A stretch of 64,000 nt of DNA from Eledone cirrhosa (taxonomy: Eukaryota): positions 188,046,001 through 188,110,000 of the forward strand of contig OZ024743.1 in assembly GCA_964016885.1 (NCBI GenBank), read 5' to 3'. Below are positions 1-13,126 of this stretch, piece after piece; position 1 is the stretch's first letter; each line of letters starts with the position of its first letter. Under the pieces are notes generated by a model. It was not told where the DNA came from, did no database searches, and was given only the letters and a program-made list of their open reading frames with translations. Position numbers and translations under genes: made by a program.

Positions 1-1
1 A

Positions 2-2559
2 TCGGAGAATCGTGCCAAACTCGGTTGCCAAATTACCTTCTTAAAACGCTGCCTAAAGAACAACATCATTCCAACCACCATCAGGAATATACATCTACCC
101 GAATGTTTACGATCACCATCCTTCCAAAACACCATCCGCCACATTCAACGCACGTTTATCAAGAAAATACTACGACACAACCACCACCAACTGCGACTCC
201 ATATACAAACGCTTTCCGAGCACATAGATCGTATAGCTCCAACCCTCACTCCTGACCACCAGGTCCAGGAAATACGCAAAGCTATAGATCAGTGTTACCA
301 CACCAGAGTCAAATATGATAAACAGCGCCTTATACGGAAATACGAATGGACTGTAAACAAATACTACAATGACAACATCCGCTCCCACAGACGGACCGAC
401 TACAACCACACCAGGGGCAACAGCTATACAACACCCTCCGCTACATCCCCCAACATCGATCTACCTACCAACGATGCTTCACACCTCGTTACCGACTTAA
501 CCGGTACCCTCACCAACGACGAACTCGAACTTCTGCGCCTCGGACCCAAGTTCATCATTACACAGCGTCTCGATGATAGACTGAAACTCGACATCGAAAC
601 CAACTTCTGTCGGACAGCATATCAACTGAAATGGCTAACCGCCATCCAAAACAACACCGAGATCGATTACAACCCCACAACCCACCGCACACTCCCCACG
701 TATCACCTCGACAACCCACTCCACCCCCCACCCACCAACCACGAACTTGACACTAAACTACTCAGGTTGAAACATTCTATCTCTAACATCCTTTCCCAAC
801 ACACACACACACACAATAAACGCAACCTCACCAATGCACAATTTAATACTCTCACCAACCTAAGATCCAGGAACCTTGTGTACCTTCCCTCTGACAAGGG
901 GAAAGAATTCTGTGTCATCTCGAGAGAGACCTACAGCAACTTAGCTCTCCAACATCTTAATGACCACAGCCTCTACTCGAAAGTCACAGGGACCTCCTCG
1001 ACTCTAATCGAGGAAGGCATGAACACCATATGGACTAACATCTGTGTCCAACGAAAACTGCCAAAGAAGGTAAAAAACAACATAATGACTCGAAACAGCA
1101 AATTACCCACCTTCTACCACCTGGTTAAAACACATAAACAAGGACCCGATTTGAAAATCAGGCCCATTGTCTCTAGCGTGGAGGGGCCCACTCTACAAAA
1201 TATCGTGGCTGCTCTCCACACTACTGAAACCTATTCTACACACACTACCAGCCCACGTCTGCAGCTCAAGGGAAGTCTTGGAGCGACTACACCATCTGGC
1301 GCCCAACACCAGAAAGGACAACGGTTATGCCTTCAGTCTTGATGTGGTCGCCCTTTATACCTCCGTACCAGCATCCCCAGCTGTCGACCTGTTGACCGAA
1401 CGAGTCCGAGCATCTAACTTACACTGCTTCGGACTCACACACACGGACATCCACCAACTCCTCTCCTTCGTTGTGGATAATGCACTCTTCAATTTCCTCG
1501 GCCACACGTACAAAAAAATCTCTGGGCTACCTATGGGCTCTAGTCTGTCCGGCATACTTGCGATCTCTTACATGGACCACCTGGAACGCAAGGCACTCAA
1601 TACCTGCCAACCCAACGCCGTCGCCTTCTACTCCAGATACGTTGATGATATCCTGATACTTACTTCTTCCCGGGAGATGGCGAATGAAATTCACCAAATC
1701 TTCAACGATACTGACCATCACGTCGATTTCACCATCGAACACCCAGGAGAAGACGGGTCACTCGCCCTCCTCGACTTCCGTATCAACATCTCGGAAGAAG
1801 GAGACATAAACACCACCTTCAACCGCAAAGCAGCGTGCAAGGACTTATTTGTGCATTATAACTCAGCCCTCCCCAACAACGCTAAGAGAGGCTATGTCCT
1901 AAATGAACTGACACGGATCACTAACAGATGCAGCGACCCGATGGGTGGTCTCACCCATACCACGCAATTCCGTAATCTACTCAGATCTAATGGTTATCCC
2001 AAGCGACTGATTAACGGAATTAGAGACCCCAGACCCAATAGACAGACACCCACTAGAAAATTAAATAATAGCAGGTGCTTCTTTAAAATCCCCCACCTGA
2101 GTGAATATACCACGAACGCCATCCGCAGGGCCATACGGACGGAGGGACTTGACATACATTTGGCCCATACAGGACCTTCGCTGCGAAGATGCCTCTCCAA
2201 CAAACCCGACGAGTCAGATGGGACGTGTTCCCTCAGCAACTGCCCGATACGGGGGGGCAGATTGCCTACGCACCTATGTCGTATATAAGATTCAATGCGA
2301 TAAATGTAACAAGTTTTACATAGGTAGTACCATCCGACCCCTACATGTTCGTATCAAGGAACTTATCAACACCAACGCATCTTCCTTCCGTAAACACATC
2401 CTTAAATGCGGAAACCCACAGGGTAGACCCTTGGTCACAGTCCTAGCGACTGAACGCAGCATCGGATCCTTAAGGATAAAGGAAGCACTTGTTATTAAGA
2501 ACCTCAGACCCCCACTTAACAACCGGGCTGAGAGAAATGAGCTGACATGGCTAACTTAA
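2..2559 (+). pseudogene. Frameshifted PLE polyprotein (N-terminal domain, RT, Cys linker, GIY-YIG)
   Basis: Three overlapping frames (2..1342, 1167..2288, 2101..2559) join into one PLE-type ORF. Confidence 0.92.
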
Positions 2560-2997
2560 CCATAGTGACCATTCACAGCCTACGGCCTGCTATCTTCACA
2601 CACACGCACATATATGCATACCCATACGCATACACACACACATCTATATTTATACACGCACACATGTTTTTACAACCTACCACCTTTCACACCCTTTGAT
2701 TTCCAGCTTCTACAGCCCACTATCTTTCACAGACACACACACTCACACATATACACACTTACACTTATACACACACAGTTACACACACATATATATTTAC
2801 ACATCTTACGGCTTTCACACGCTAGCGCACCCTCTTGATTTAACCCATTTGGTCAGTAGCTTTTGCCACAGCCTATTACGCGCACGCGCATTCTTTCCCT
2901 CGTTTAAATTTTAAACATTTTCTCCCCATAACGGCATTCCTGTCTTAACGACATCACAACTTTCTCCGCTTGGCCTGTTCCCCCCCTTTTGGAACTT

Positions 2998-3033
2998 TCC
3001 CCCGTTGATGGGCGTGAGCCCGAAATATTGGGA
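2998..3033 (+). ncRNA. Degenerate minimal type I hammerhead ribozyme in the PLE 3' terminal repeat
   Basis: TCCC-CCGTTGA-T-GGGC-GTGA-GCCC-GAAA-TATT-GGGA: helix I TCCC/GGGA, helix II GGGC/GCCC, palindromic ATAT helix III. Core differs from CUGANGA at two positions. Confidence 0.6.
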
Positions 3034-3205
3034 TTAAATCTCTACTACGGTAACCCTTCTACCTTTGTTTTGTTTTCATCTTTGTCTCTCTCAATTTTCA
3101 CTTTCACCTGTTTTTCCTATCTATCTTTCACTTCCTACCTCGAGATTTCCCTCTGCATTGTTGTGGCTTTCTTAACTACGTATTTTATATATATATATAT
3201 ATATA

Positions 3206-3751
3206 TAAAATTAGTCCTTCATCAGTGATCTTCCAACCTTCATTGGTATTTCATCGCTTTAAAAACCATATACCTCTGGTTGATGCGAGCAATAACTAAA
3301 TAAAGTTATTGGGACAAGTAATATAGCGTGAAGCGAGCGAGATATTAAACAAAGATGGTATTGCAACGGAAAGATAGGAAGAGACAAGTAGATGATATCT
3401 GTAAGCTTAAGCTTGGTGAAATCATGGACGAGAGATACAGACCATCCGACATGGGTGAGATGTGAGCGAGAAAAGGATTTCACACAGGTCAAACGGAAGG
3501 AAGTGAGATAGGGGGAGAAGCAGAGAGTGAGCGAGTGGAAGTGTGAGGAAGAGGCCAGCTGAGAGAGAGTGTGACTGGCAGAGGGGGTAAAAAGAAGGTG
3601 AGAGATACAGAGAGAGGAGAAGCGGTAAGAAAGAAACAGACAATTGCAGTTGAGGAAAAAATATAAATATAAGAAAAATGGAGTGCTGCGTGGTTGCACA
3701 TGGGTTACCCATGTGCAACCACGCAGCACTCCATTTTTCTTATATTTATAT
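3206..3751 (-). mobile_element. Non-coding ~550-bp fold-back element, family A copy 1, between (TA)n tracts
   Basis: Homologous in opposite orientation to 19473-20068. Ends in a perfect palindrome at 3661-3751. Contains CTGATGAAGGAC on the minus strand. Confidence 0.8.
3661..3751. repeat. Perfect 91-bp palindrome (45-bp arms, 1-nt centre)
   Basis: atataaatataagaaaaatggagtgctgcgtggttgcacatgggt-t-acccatgtgcaaccacgcagcactccatttttcttatatttatat. Confidence 0.97.
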
Positions 3752-6700
3752 ATATATATATTATTATTATTATTAAGCATTTACATTACTCAGAGAAATA
3801 AAACTTAATATTAAGCCATGAAATAAAATGTAATTGTTGCTAGGATTACAAATCGTTTCCAGTTGGCATTATGAAATTCAATGAAATTATTGTTTGCTGC
3901 TGTTACATGTAATACACAAACATTCCATGAAACTATGGGCATTTTAGTTTAATAAAATTTGTTTTTTGCAGGCGCCAACATATTATTCATCAACCAAATA
4001 ACATGGCTATTGCAATTGGGCAATTACTTTATCATGCTGTGCATAATTAATTGAACAATCAAAGCATATGAATTTATAAACACAAAAATTATAGAAATTT
4101 GTTCTGATTAATGTACATCTTTTAGGGGACAATCAGTTTTGAGATGCATATAGTATTCTAAAAATGATCATCTATGAATTAATTTTCCCCCAGATGTGTT
4201 GCACCAAATTATGAGAGTTCATCATCATCATCATCACCGTTTTACGTCCGTTCTTCCACGCTAGCATGGGATATAGAAATATTGAAATAGTGGAGCAAAT
4301 GTTGGCCAAAAAATCATAAAATGTCATTCACTTGAGCGTTTAAAATATTGGAATCACTATATATATCACTATATATATATCGCTATAAATTAAATACTTC
4401 AAAATGTTGTGGAAAAAACAAATTGTCAAAAAAGCTCTATTCTATACTAATAGCCAGAACAGATTTTACGGGTTACTATCATCTGATGCTCAAACAATTC
4501 AGCCAATCCAACACCATGGACTGGTATTTATTTGTCAGCCAATAAAATATTAAAGACAAAAAAATTAAAGGCATGAAAAGAATTAAACTCAGGGTGCTAA
4601 GAACCAGATGAAATACTGCAAGGCATTCTCTCTGATAGTCTAACAACAGCCAATGTAGCACTTTATACTATTTTTTTATTATTTTGTTAGGGAGGAAAGG
4701 GTAACACTCGTAATTCGTTTCAAGGCCTCCAAGGCTGGTGAAGCAAGAAGAAATGTACCCCAAAATCAGAGACCTAGTTCAAATGCTTGTAATAGTATGT
4801 ACTTTGCTAAACTAGATGATGGATTAAATCTAAATACTATATACTATACTATGATATACATATTCACTTCAACTGCTTGGGCACTCAAAACATGAAGAGC
4901 CAGAACAAATACTGCAAAGTATTTGGTCCATAGCACAAACAATTATTCCACTAATCCACTGTTCAAGAGTGGTACTCTATTTTATCAACCTTTTATTTGA
5001 ATACGATATAATATACCAGTATAAATATCTACAATTTCTACTCATTTTATGAAAATATTTTCAAATTTTGTATTCCTAATACTGGTTGAATATGCCACAA
5101 GTGGTGAAAGCTAAAGTTTCCATCTATCCAATATGTAAACAACATTATTTATGTGAATTTATCATTGCCATTTCTATTTGCTATCAAAAGCATATAGTAA
5201 AATGGTGGTTCTGTTGCATTCATTAATTATTGTGCTCATAACAGAAGATGCAGGATTTCTCATGCATACTACCAAGAGAGTACAGATCTAGAACTTACAA
5301 TGAAAATAAATTGTGCTGCTATTTGTGAACATATCATGTTCAGTGGGATCAGATGTGAAGAAAAGATTTCAATTTTGTGAAAGCAAAAACTAACATTGTT
5401 GTTTATCCATAAGTCAGTTCTGATTAAGCAGAGCTATGATCTGTCATTTTTGTAGACTACATCATCCCCTCCGCCACTCCTTTGCTCTAGAGACAGTGGT
5501 GTGTAAATTTTGGGGTGAAATGTAACTACTATTTCTATCAGATCAAACTACTCAATGAAGGATCTTTAATATTTCTCTTCTTTAAAAAAAACTGTGAGAT
5601 CCTTTCGGTTGATCTGAGGAGCTGAAATAGCTATGATTTAAAACAGAATGGGCCATCTTAAAGTGTTGCTTTTTACTAACGAAAATGGCCAGTGGTCATT
5701 TCAAATTCTAGTAGTTATATTCGATTTTTAATTTAGACTAGTGCATGAAGTTAACTTATGCAGAGGCTTCACAAGTAACTAGATATACAATTACAGAGTT
5801 TGCATGAATTAGAGCAAACTACAGCCATGAAATGAATTCCTCAAAATATCTAAAATCTTTGGGCCAATTATTTTGAGTATATTTTGTATGAATTATATAT
5901 GGGTGTGTAAGCCAAAAACTTAAAATGTTTCCCTCGAAGTTACAAGAAAGCACTTCCTAAATAATACATTTTTCTGAAACATGAGTTCAGTGTCTTATAA
6001 TCTTGACAGCTTTGTTTTGATGTCTAATAAGATTCTAACATCAAACATAACGTTGTTAGCTGAATACTTGACTAAATTATAACATCAAAGATAGTAACTT
6101 TGTTTTATTAAAAGCATCAGTTTCCACTGACATTACTATGAACAATTACAATTCTTTTATTTGTGTATGTAAAAAAGAAATCTATTATTCTGAATTATCT
6201 ACAGACGAGACAATGGTTCATGTGTTTTTAAGTTATTATATATGTTTGGTTCTTGATATATCTGTAAAATATGAATAATATTTCTGAATTGATTAAAATG
6301 AAATCATTTTAACGAATACACTGTAATTTTGTATTTTAATCAGATTTCAGTGTTTGTGTATATGTGCCTGAGTTTAATCATCCATACATCCTTGTGTGTG
6401 TATGCATCCATGTGTGGAATACAAGACAGCATGACTACTATACTACCAGATAAATAAATGTCAATGACTACTTAAAATGATATTGGAGTAGGAATAGAAA
6501 TGAAGCATGAAACTGTAGTATTGTTGTGTTTTTGTGGGAGCCCTTGAAATATCAAATCATGTAACAAATATGAATCAAATGTTAGTATTTCCCTGTGTTA
6601 ATATCACAAATTGTTGTTACCAATCCCAATGAAAATTTGTTGTTACTTTAATTTCCTGTTGGATTATTCTTTGTGTTTTATTTCTCTTTGTTTTGTCATC

Positions 6701-9700
6701 AGGGAAAATCAATACCAAAAGGAATAAGATAAAAAAAATAAAAATAAAGATATTTTAATTTATTTTTAATCGTGCAATGTGTCTCTAGTTTTTATTGTTT
6801 AGCCCATGATCAAGCCTAAACCAGCAGATCGATTAAACAAAGGCATTTTAACTGTAACCAACTTGTCTAAAAGTACTTTATCCTATGTGTCTATTTAAAA
6901 ACAATACGCTGTGTTTTGCAAGAGATTTGACTGCTATATGTAGCAGGTTGAGTAACCACTTAGAGATTCTCTTATTGGCTCTCAATGTGTCTATAGTAGC
7001 AACCACCCATTACATCCATGAAATAAAATAAACAAATATATACATCATAAAAAGCTACAACAATACAATACAAAACAAATAGCTAATAATTGCTTGTAAT
7101 ACAAATTGCAGAGCATTGATCTGAGAAAATATATTGTATCAAAATTCAGGAACATGCCAAATAACAATAGTATCTTTGAATATGCAAAACTAACCAAAAG
7201 AGTCTGGTTGCTTGTAGTACCAACAAATTCTAAAATATACATTATATATGCAAAAATGCTGTCCGTTGCTATGAAAGAATAACGCTTGTTATCTTATGTG
7301 TCAATAAATTTCACCATTTATCTCCAACATTAAACCTATGTCAATAGTCATTTTCAAGATGAGATCAATGATACAGCAACACAATCTATCCAATATCCAT
7401 GAAATTCCAATACATTGAATACATCAATACACATAAACGGATACAAATTATTGACAATAGTTGTTTGTGTAAAAGAAAAAAGTAATGATAAACTAAAGGA
7501 GGATGGTGGCTAAATGGTTAAGGTAGTTCTAATTTGTGTAAGTTCCACATTCTCATTCTGTGTTTGGAGAGGAGTAAGAGACATAGCAAATAGTGTTCTA
7601 TAGTAATAGCAAATAGAAGTGGCAGGTGGAAGCATAGGAGTATCACAATGTCCATTGGGATATTCATGCCTTCTATCTTGTATTTTGAGTTCAATTCCTG
7701 CTAAGGTCAAATTTGCCTTTTACTTTTTCAAGATTGATGAATAATGTACCAGTCTAGGATATTGGACTGGCAGAATTATTAAAGAGCTGGATATGAGGTA
7801 TTTCTAATGGCCCCTTGTATTTTGAGTTCAAATCATGGCATAGCCTGCCAGACACAATATATACAGCTGTAGTCAACTCATAGATAACGTTAGAGCAATC
7901 CATGGTGTTCAAACTACTGAGAGCTGATGATATCTGATGACAATAATAATAAAATACTGATACCAAATACAATTGGTAATAGGAAAATTGAAAGAAAGCT
8001 ATATATAACTTTCACCAAGGCAAACAAATTTATCTAATTTTACTATTACTCACAATAATATCGAAAGCAATGTTTGAATTTGTGATTTCTATGTATGAGT
8101 AATTTACAAAAACATGAAATAAAGTGAGGAACATTTAAGTTTAGATTGTAAAACAAAATTGTTGAAATGAGGATACAAATATAGTGATTTATTTATATTC
8201 TTTTATTCTTTTATTGGTGTCAACACTCACTGGTGGTCATAGAGGAGTACGACATGCAGTGCTTTAGTTGATATCGACCCAGTAGACATATTAGTTGGGA
8301 ACATAATTGTTGATCGCTATTTGTCAACCAGCATAGTTATGGGACACCCCCACCCCCAATGCAAACACTTACACTCACATGATTGATTCTGCATAGTTTC
8401 TATCTACCAAATTCCATTCAAAAGCTATTGATCAACCCAAGTCTATAGCAGAAGACATTTTTATTAAGGTGTTGCATATTGGGATTGAGCCAGGAATCAT
8501 TTGGTAGAAAGTAAACTTCATAATCTCACACCTCTATTGGCACTTATATGATGTATATAAATATTTTTTGTTATTCAGAGCTGCTATATGATGATGACAA
8601 TTATGATGATGATGATGGTGATAATGCTATTTGCTTGAATTATAAAACAAATATCAATATTTGATTAGAAAATACTAATGTTAACTCATAAAATCAATAA
8701 AAATCCATATCTGCTTTCTGCTGACTTGACATTGAAGCCAACATCTTTTTATAGCCTTTGAAACAGTTATACATGCATTGAATCTGTGAGTGGTAGACTT
8801 AATCCATCACTGTTCTTCAGAGAACAGCAGCATGTAGAACTGGTATCAATCAATATAGCATAGAATGATATGGTGTTGATAATATATTGATGAGTGACAG
8901 CTTAGGCAATACCTTGACTCAACATTTGCAGAGGACAAAGGAAAATAGATATCTTTCAGTTTCTGCTAGGATTAGCATGAAGTTAATCATCATCTTGCAA
9001 ATATTTACTGTCTTCTCTTACTGGCCATAATGTCTAAATTGAATTGCAATAGTAAAATTGTTAAAAGAAAGCAATGCCAAATAATAGGGAAAGAAATCTG
9101 GGTTTAATTTAGCCTTCGATGTTCATAGTTCCTATGATTTATTTTTAATCTCATAGTCAGAAGGAACGTTTGTGCCCATGATCTATTACAGGGATTTTGA
9201 AACTGGTGTGACGAAGTGGGGAAGGTATCTTGACATTGGAGACTTAATCCAAATGCAACAGAATGCTCTCTACTAAAGGCACCCAAGAAAGATGGTGTTA
9301 AACCTGATAACAAGTGAAGTCTATTATTTAAGTAGGGATTTGAACTTAAAAAAGCAAAGAGCCACAATAAATACTGCATGGCATCCTTTTTGATTTACTG
9401 ATGAAGCTGCTAGTCTACCACTTCATTTATTGAACCTAGAAGAATGAAAGGTAAAGTTGGCTTTAGTGGAATTCAAATTCAAAATATGAGGAGCTAGAAC
9501 AAATATCGCAAAGCATTTCATCCAATGCTGAAAGGTTTTGCCAGTTTCCCCACTTGTGTTTTAATTAATTTTGAAAATAATCAATTATAAGGAGGGATTT
9601 AGTAAAACTAGTTAATTTTTAAGGTAGTGTTTACATACATAACTAAAACATAAATTCTTACATGCAATTATAATGAAAGGTTTAAATATGAAGATTATAA

Positions 9701-10075
9701 AATGGGTGGTTCCTCTCAGATAGGTCAATATCAAGATTGTCAAGCAATTTTGTTCCTTTTTTTTTCTGGTGGAAATATTCATGATGCTGCAATACTGTAA
9801 ATCTGTTTCTTTGAGGCAAATCTAAAAAATACTAATGTCAAGTTTTACCAGTAAATCAATCTATATATAAATTGGAGTGACTTCTGTCCGTCCGTCCATC
9901 ACACTATGTGTGTGCAAAAGGAAGGAAAGGGATGGGGAGTAAACTATAGCAAAACAGCGACTGGCATTCCATTTGCTATGATGTGTGTGAGTGTATGTGT
10001 ATTTGTGTTTGTGTGTGGATGTATGTGTGTGTCTGTGTGAATGTATGTGTATTTGTATGAATGTATGTCTGTGAG

Positions 10076-12715
10076 GAGTACTTACTTGTACTTGTACTTG
10101 TGTCGACATTCACCCTGGATGGGTTGAGCCGGCTTCTTCCCTTGTCCTGACGGCATCCCGAACCATGGCAGCCCATGCACGACGGTCCCGGGCTAGGTCA
10201 CTGGAGATAGCGAGCCAGTCACGGTTCCATCGGCGCAGGCCAGCCACCTGCAGACCTGAGAGTTCGGAGAGGTCCTCCTTGATCGTCGTTGCCCAGATCT
10301 TCAGCTTCCCACCAACGTGCTTGCGGCAGTTAGGGAGTGGAGGTGGGAGGAGAACATCGCAGATCAGCTCACCCTCAGGGCACCGGGCCGCGTGACCAAA
10401 CCATCTCGAGTGCCGTTGCAGAAGAACTGAAGGAAGGGTTGAAGATTCAAGCGAAGACGAAGACTGGTGGTAGGTACCCGATCAACGCGTCGGCAGCGAA
10501 GAATGCGGCGGAGACAGTCATTGTCGAAGACCTCCAGCCCTAATTGATCGACTACCCTCATAGGCCATGTGTCACAGCCATAGAGGAGGATAGTGTGAAC
10601 GACAGCCTGGTAGATTCGCCCTTGGGTCACTGAGGTGATCTCTCTTCGGTCCCACAGACACTGCTGCAGGCGCCCAAAAGTGGGTCTGGCAGCACCTATG
10701 TGACGTTTGACCTCGACTTGGCAGCATTGATTCATAGACCAACAGCGGCGGCTGCAGTGTGCACCCTTTCGAGAGCACCCTGTACATCTGTCCCGTTAGC
10801 GCCCATTAGCACGATGTCATCCGCGTAGGCCAGGTCTGTCACCATGACTCCTCTCCTGAACTGTACGCCTGGGTAATCCTGGAGTGCTGTGTTGAGAGTG
10901 TAGTCAATGGCATAGTTGAAGAGAGTTGGCGATAGCACACACCCCTGCCGAACACCGGTCCCAACAACGAACGACTCCGTCTCCTGCTATAGACCCTCAC
11001 GCGAGCCCGAGTCGACTGGTAGCAGCCTTGTATGAGATGAAGCAGCTTCACTGGGATGGCGTCCGCCTGCATTATACGAATAGGGCTTCCCGATCTACTG
11101 AGTCGAAGGCAGCTGCAAAGTTGATGAAGCAGGGGACGGTAGGCTGTTGATGTGCCCACCGTTGCTCCAGGAGATTGAAGATTTGATCAATGCACCCCCT
11201 CCCCTGACAGAAGCAGCCCTGAGAAGGATGGGTACGGACATCACGGATGGCCTGGAACCTCTTCAGCAGAAGGATTGTGAAGGTTTTGGCAGCAACGTCA
11301 ATTAAACTGATACCCCTGTAGTTGGGACACAGTTTCCTGTTGCCTTTTTTGAAGAAGGGTAGGAGAGTCACCTCACTCCAGTCACCAGGGAACCGCTCCA
11401 TCGTCCACACCGAGGAGAAGACTCGATGGAGCCAAGCTGCGAAGACATCAGGCTCGGCCTTGAAGACCTCAGCTGGAATGCCATCTTCGCCCGGCGCCTT
11501 GTTGTTCTGGAGATGTGACAGGACACTACATACCTCCTCAACCGTTGGAGGGGCAGTGCTGCACCCATATTCTTCTCTGGAAGGCTGCACGTAGGCTGGC
11601 GTGCGAGGTGGCAGGTACTTGAGCAGCTCAGAGAAATGGTCCCGCCACCGGACTAGCCGGTCATTCAATCACGGATTGTCTCACTGATACCCATACTGCT
11701 TCGGCTGGCCCACTTCACCAGTTGGTAGAGCTTGCGCGAGTCACCACAGGCTGCTACCCTCTCCGTCTTCTCTGCAAACTCACACCTGTGTGCATTCCGA
11801 TCGGCCCGAGTAGCCCGAGATGTGCGACATCGGAGATCTCAAAGATTGAGTGCACCCTCGAGTCGGACCACTCTCGTCCCTCCACGAGTTCAAGAGTGCC
11901 GCCGGAGATCCAGTCCCGATGGTGTCTTTGGGGTCGACCCGAGATGCTCTCCGGCCACCTCAACCATCGCTGCCCTGAGTGCGTTCCACTCCTGCTTCGG
12001 CTGCTGTTCTACTTTGTTACGCAGCATTTGGAATCGGTTTTGCAGCTCTAGCCGGAAAGCATTTCCAGCATCGAGCTTGAGTCACGAGATGTCGATCCTT
12101 TTCTGGCGGTTGGGAGGAAGTTTCGCCTGCAGCCGCAGAGTATGGTCTGACCCATGCTCACTGCTCGTATCAGCTCCTCGATACACACGCGAGTCCATCA
12201 CTGAGCTGGCCCAATGTGATCTGACCAGGATGTAGTCAATCTGATTGGCCGTTCTTCCGTCATTGGATCACCACATGACAAAGTGACGCCAAGGGTGTTG
12301 GAACCGGGTGTAGGTGATGATAAGACGATTGGCATCCGCGAAGGATACGAGCCGTTCACCATTGTCACAGCGTATGCCTAGGGCGAAGCATCCTAAAATA
12401 TTCCGTGTTGTATCATCAGCCAGCTCTGTCCGTGCATTCCAGTCCCCAGTGACAATGAGAACATCACTGGAGGGGACGCCATCCATGGTTGTTTGGAGAT
12501 CGGCATAGAACTGTGTCTTGTCAACCTCATCCTCATTGAGTGTGCCTTTTTTTAAGAAGAGTAGGAGAGTGTAGTCAATGGTAGGAGAGTGTAGTCAACG
12601 CTGATGTTGGAGATTTGACCCTTCAATCGAACAAGCGAAGTTCCCGATGGCATAGCTCTGACACTACCCGTTGCCACCGCCCTGCCGCATTGAGGAGGGG
12701 TTGGACTTTAGGGTA
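10076..12715 (-). mobile_element. RTE-clade LINE (APE endonuclease + RT), internally deleted and frameshifted, 13-bp TSD
   Basis: APE motifs GDWNAR, NQIDYIL, SDH. RT motifs KAPGEDGIPAE, NYRGISL, LSPTLFN, DLAYADD, ILLYGCDTW. TSD gtatgtctgtgag at 10063-10075 and 12716-12728. (ACAAGT)n tail on the minus strand. Confidence 0.93.
12640..12715 (-). ncRNA. Candidate decayed HDV-like ribozyme at the RTE 5' terminus
   Basis: ACCCTA..AGTCCAAC-CCC-TCCTCAAT-GCG-GCAGGGC-GG-TGGCA...TGCCA-TC follows the order P1/P2/P3/L3(CC)/P3'/P1'/GG/P4/C. P2' is unclear because of an adjacent deletion. Confidence 0.5.
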
Positions 12716-13126
12716 GTATGTCTGTGAGTGCATATTTTTGTAAGTATGTTTGTGTTTGCGCATTTATATTTATATACTCATACATATAAATATATGTATA
12801 TGCACATACACATGCGCATGTGCATCTGCATGTTGAAAATAATTCTAGTTTAATAAAATACAAAAATAGGCAGGTTTGTTATTCTGAGGCCAATCTAGGT
12901 GTTTTGAGCATAACACATCATCTTAATTCTCAATGACTCAGTACATAGAAACAAAAAATGAGTTAGTAGAAAATTCATTTTGTATATCCAGTTTAGAATA
13001 ATTAAACCATATCCCTGTATGTCAAAAGAAGCAACTAAATGAGTTAGTGTTTCGAGAGCATCTGGTTGTTTCAAAACATCCCATCCAACCCATGCCCACA
13101 TGGAAAAGTCAATTTAAAAACAATGA

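Larger units (their letters stand above)
1..3185 (+). mobile_element. Penelope-like retroelement (RT + C-terminal GIY-YIG endonuclease), two frameshifts, 5' end outside window, 3' terminal region ends in (TA)n
   Basis: Frame open from nt 2 (FLKRCLKNNIIP, LLRLGPKF, SDKG, PTFYHLVKTHK, IRPIVSS). Shifts near 1190 into RT (SLDVVALYTSVP, GLPMGSSLS, YSRYVDDI, LALLDF) and near 2255 into GIY-YIG (VVYKIQCDKCNKFYIGST...R...LRIKEA..I...P.LN). Stop at 2559. Confidence 0.95.
9860..12848 (+). mobile_element. Short non-autonomous Helitron interrupted by an RTE LINE
   Basis: A|TCTATATATAA...TGTCCGTCCGTCC 5' end. Subterminal hairpin acatgc...gcatgt (12810-12833), then CTAG|T. The 5' part resembles 41860-42060. 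Confidence 0.65.
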
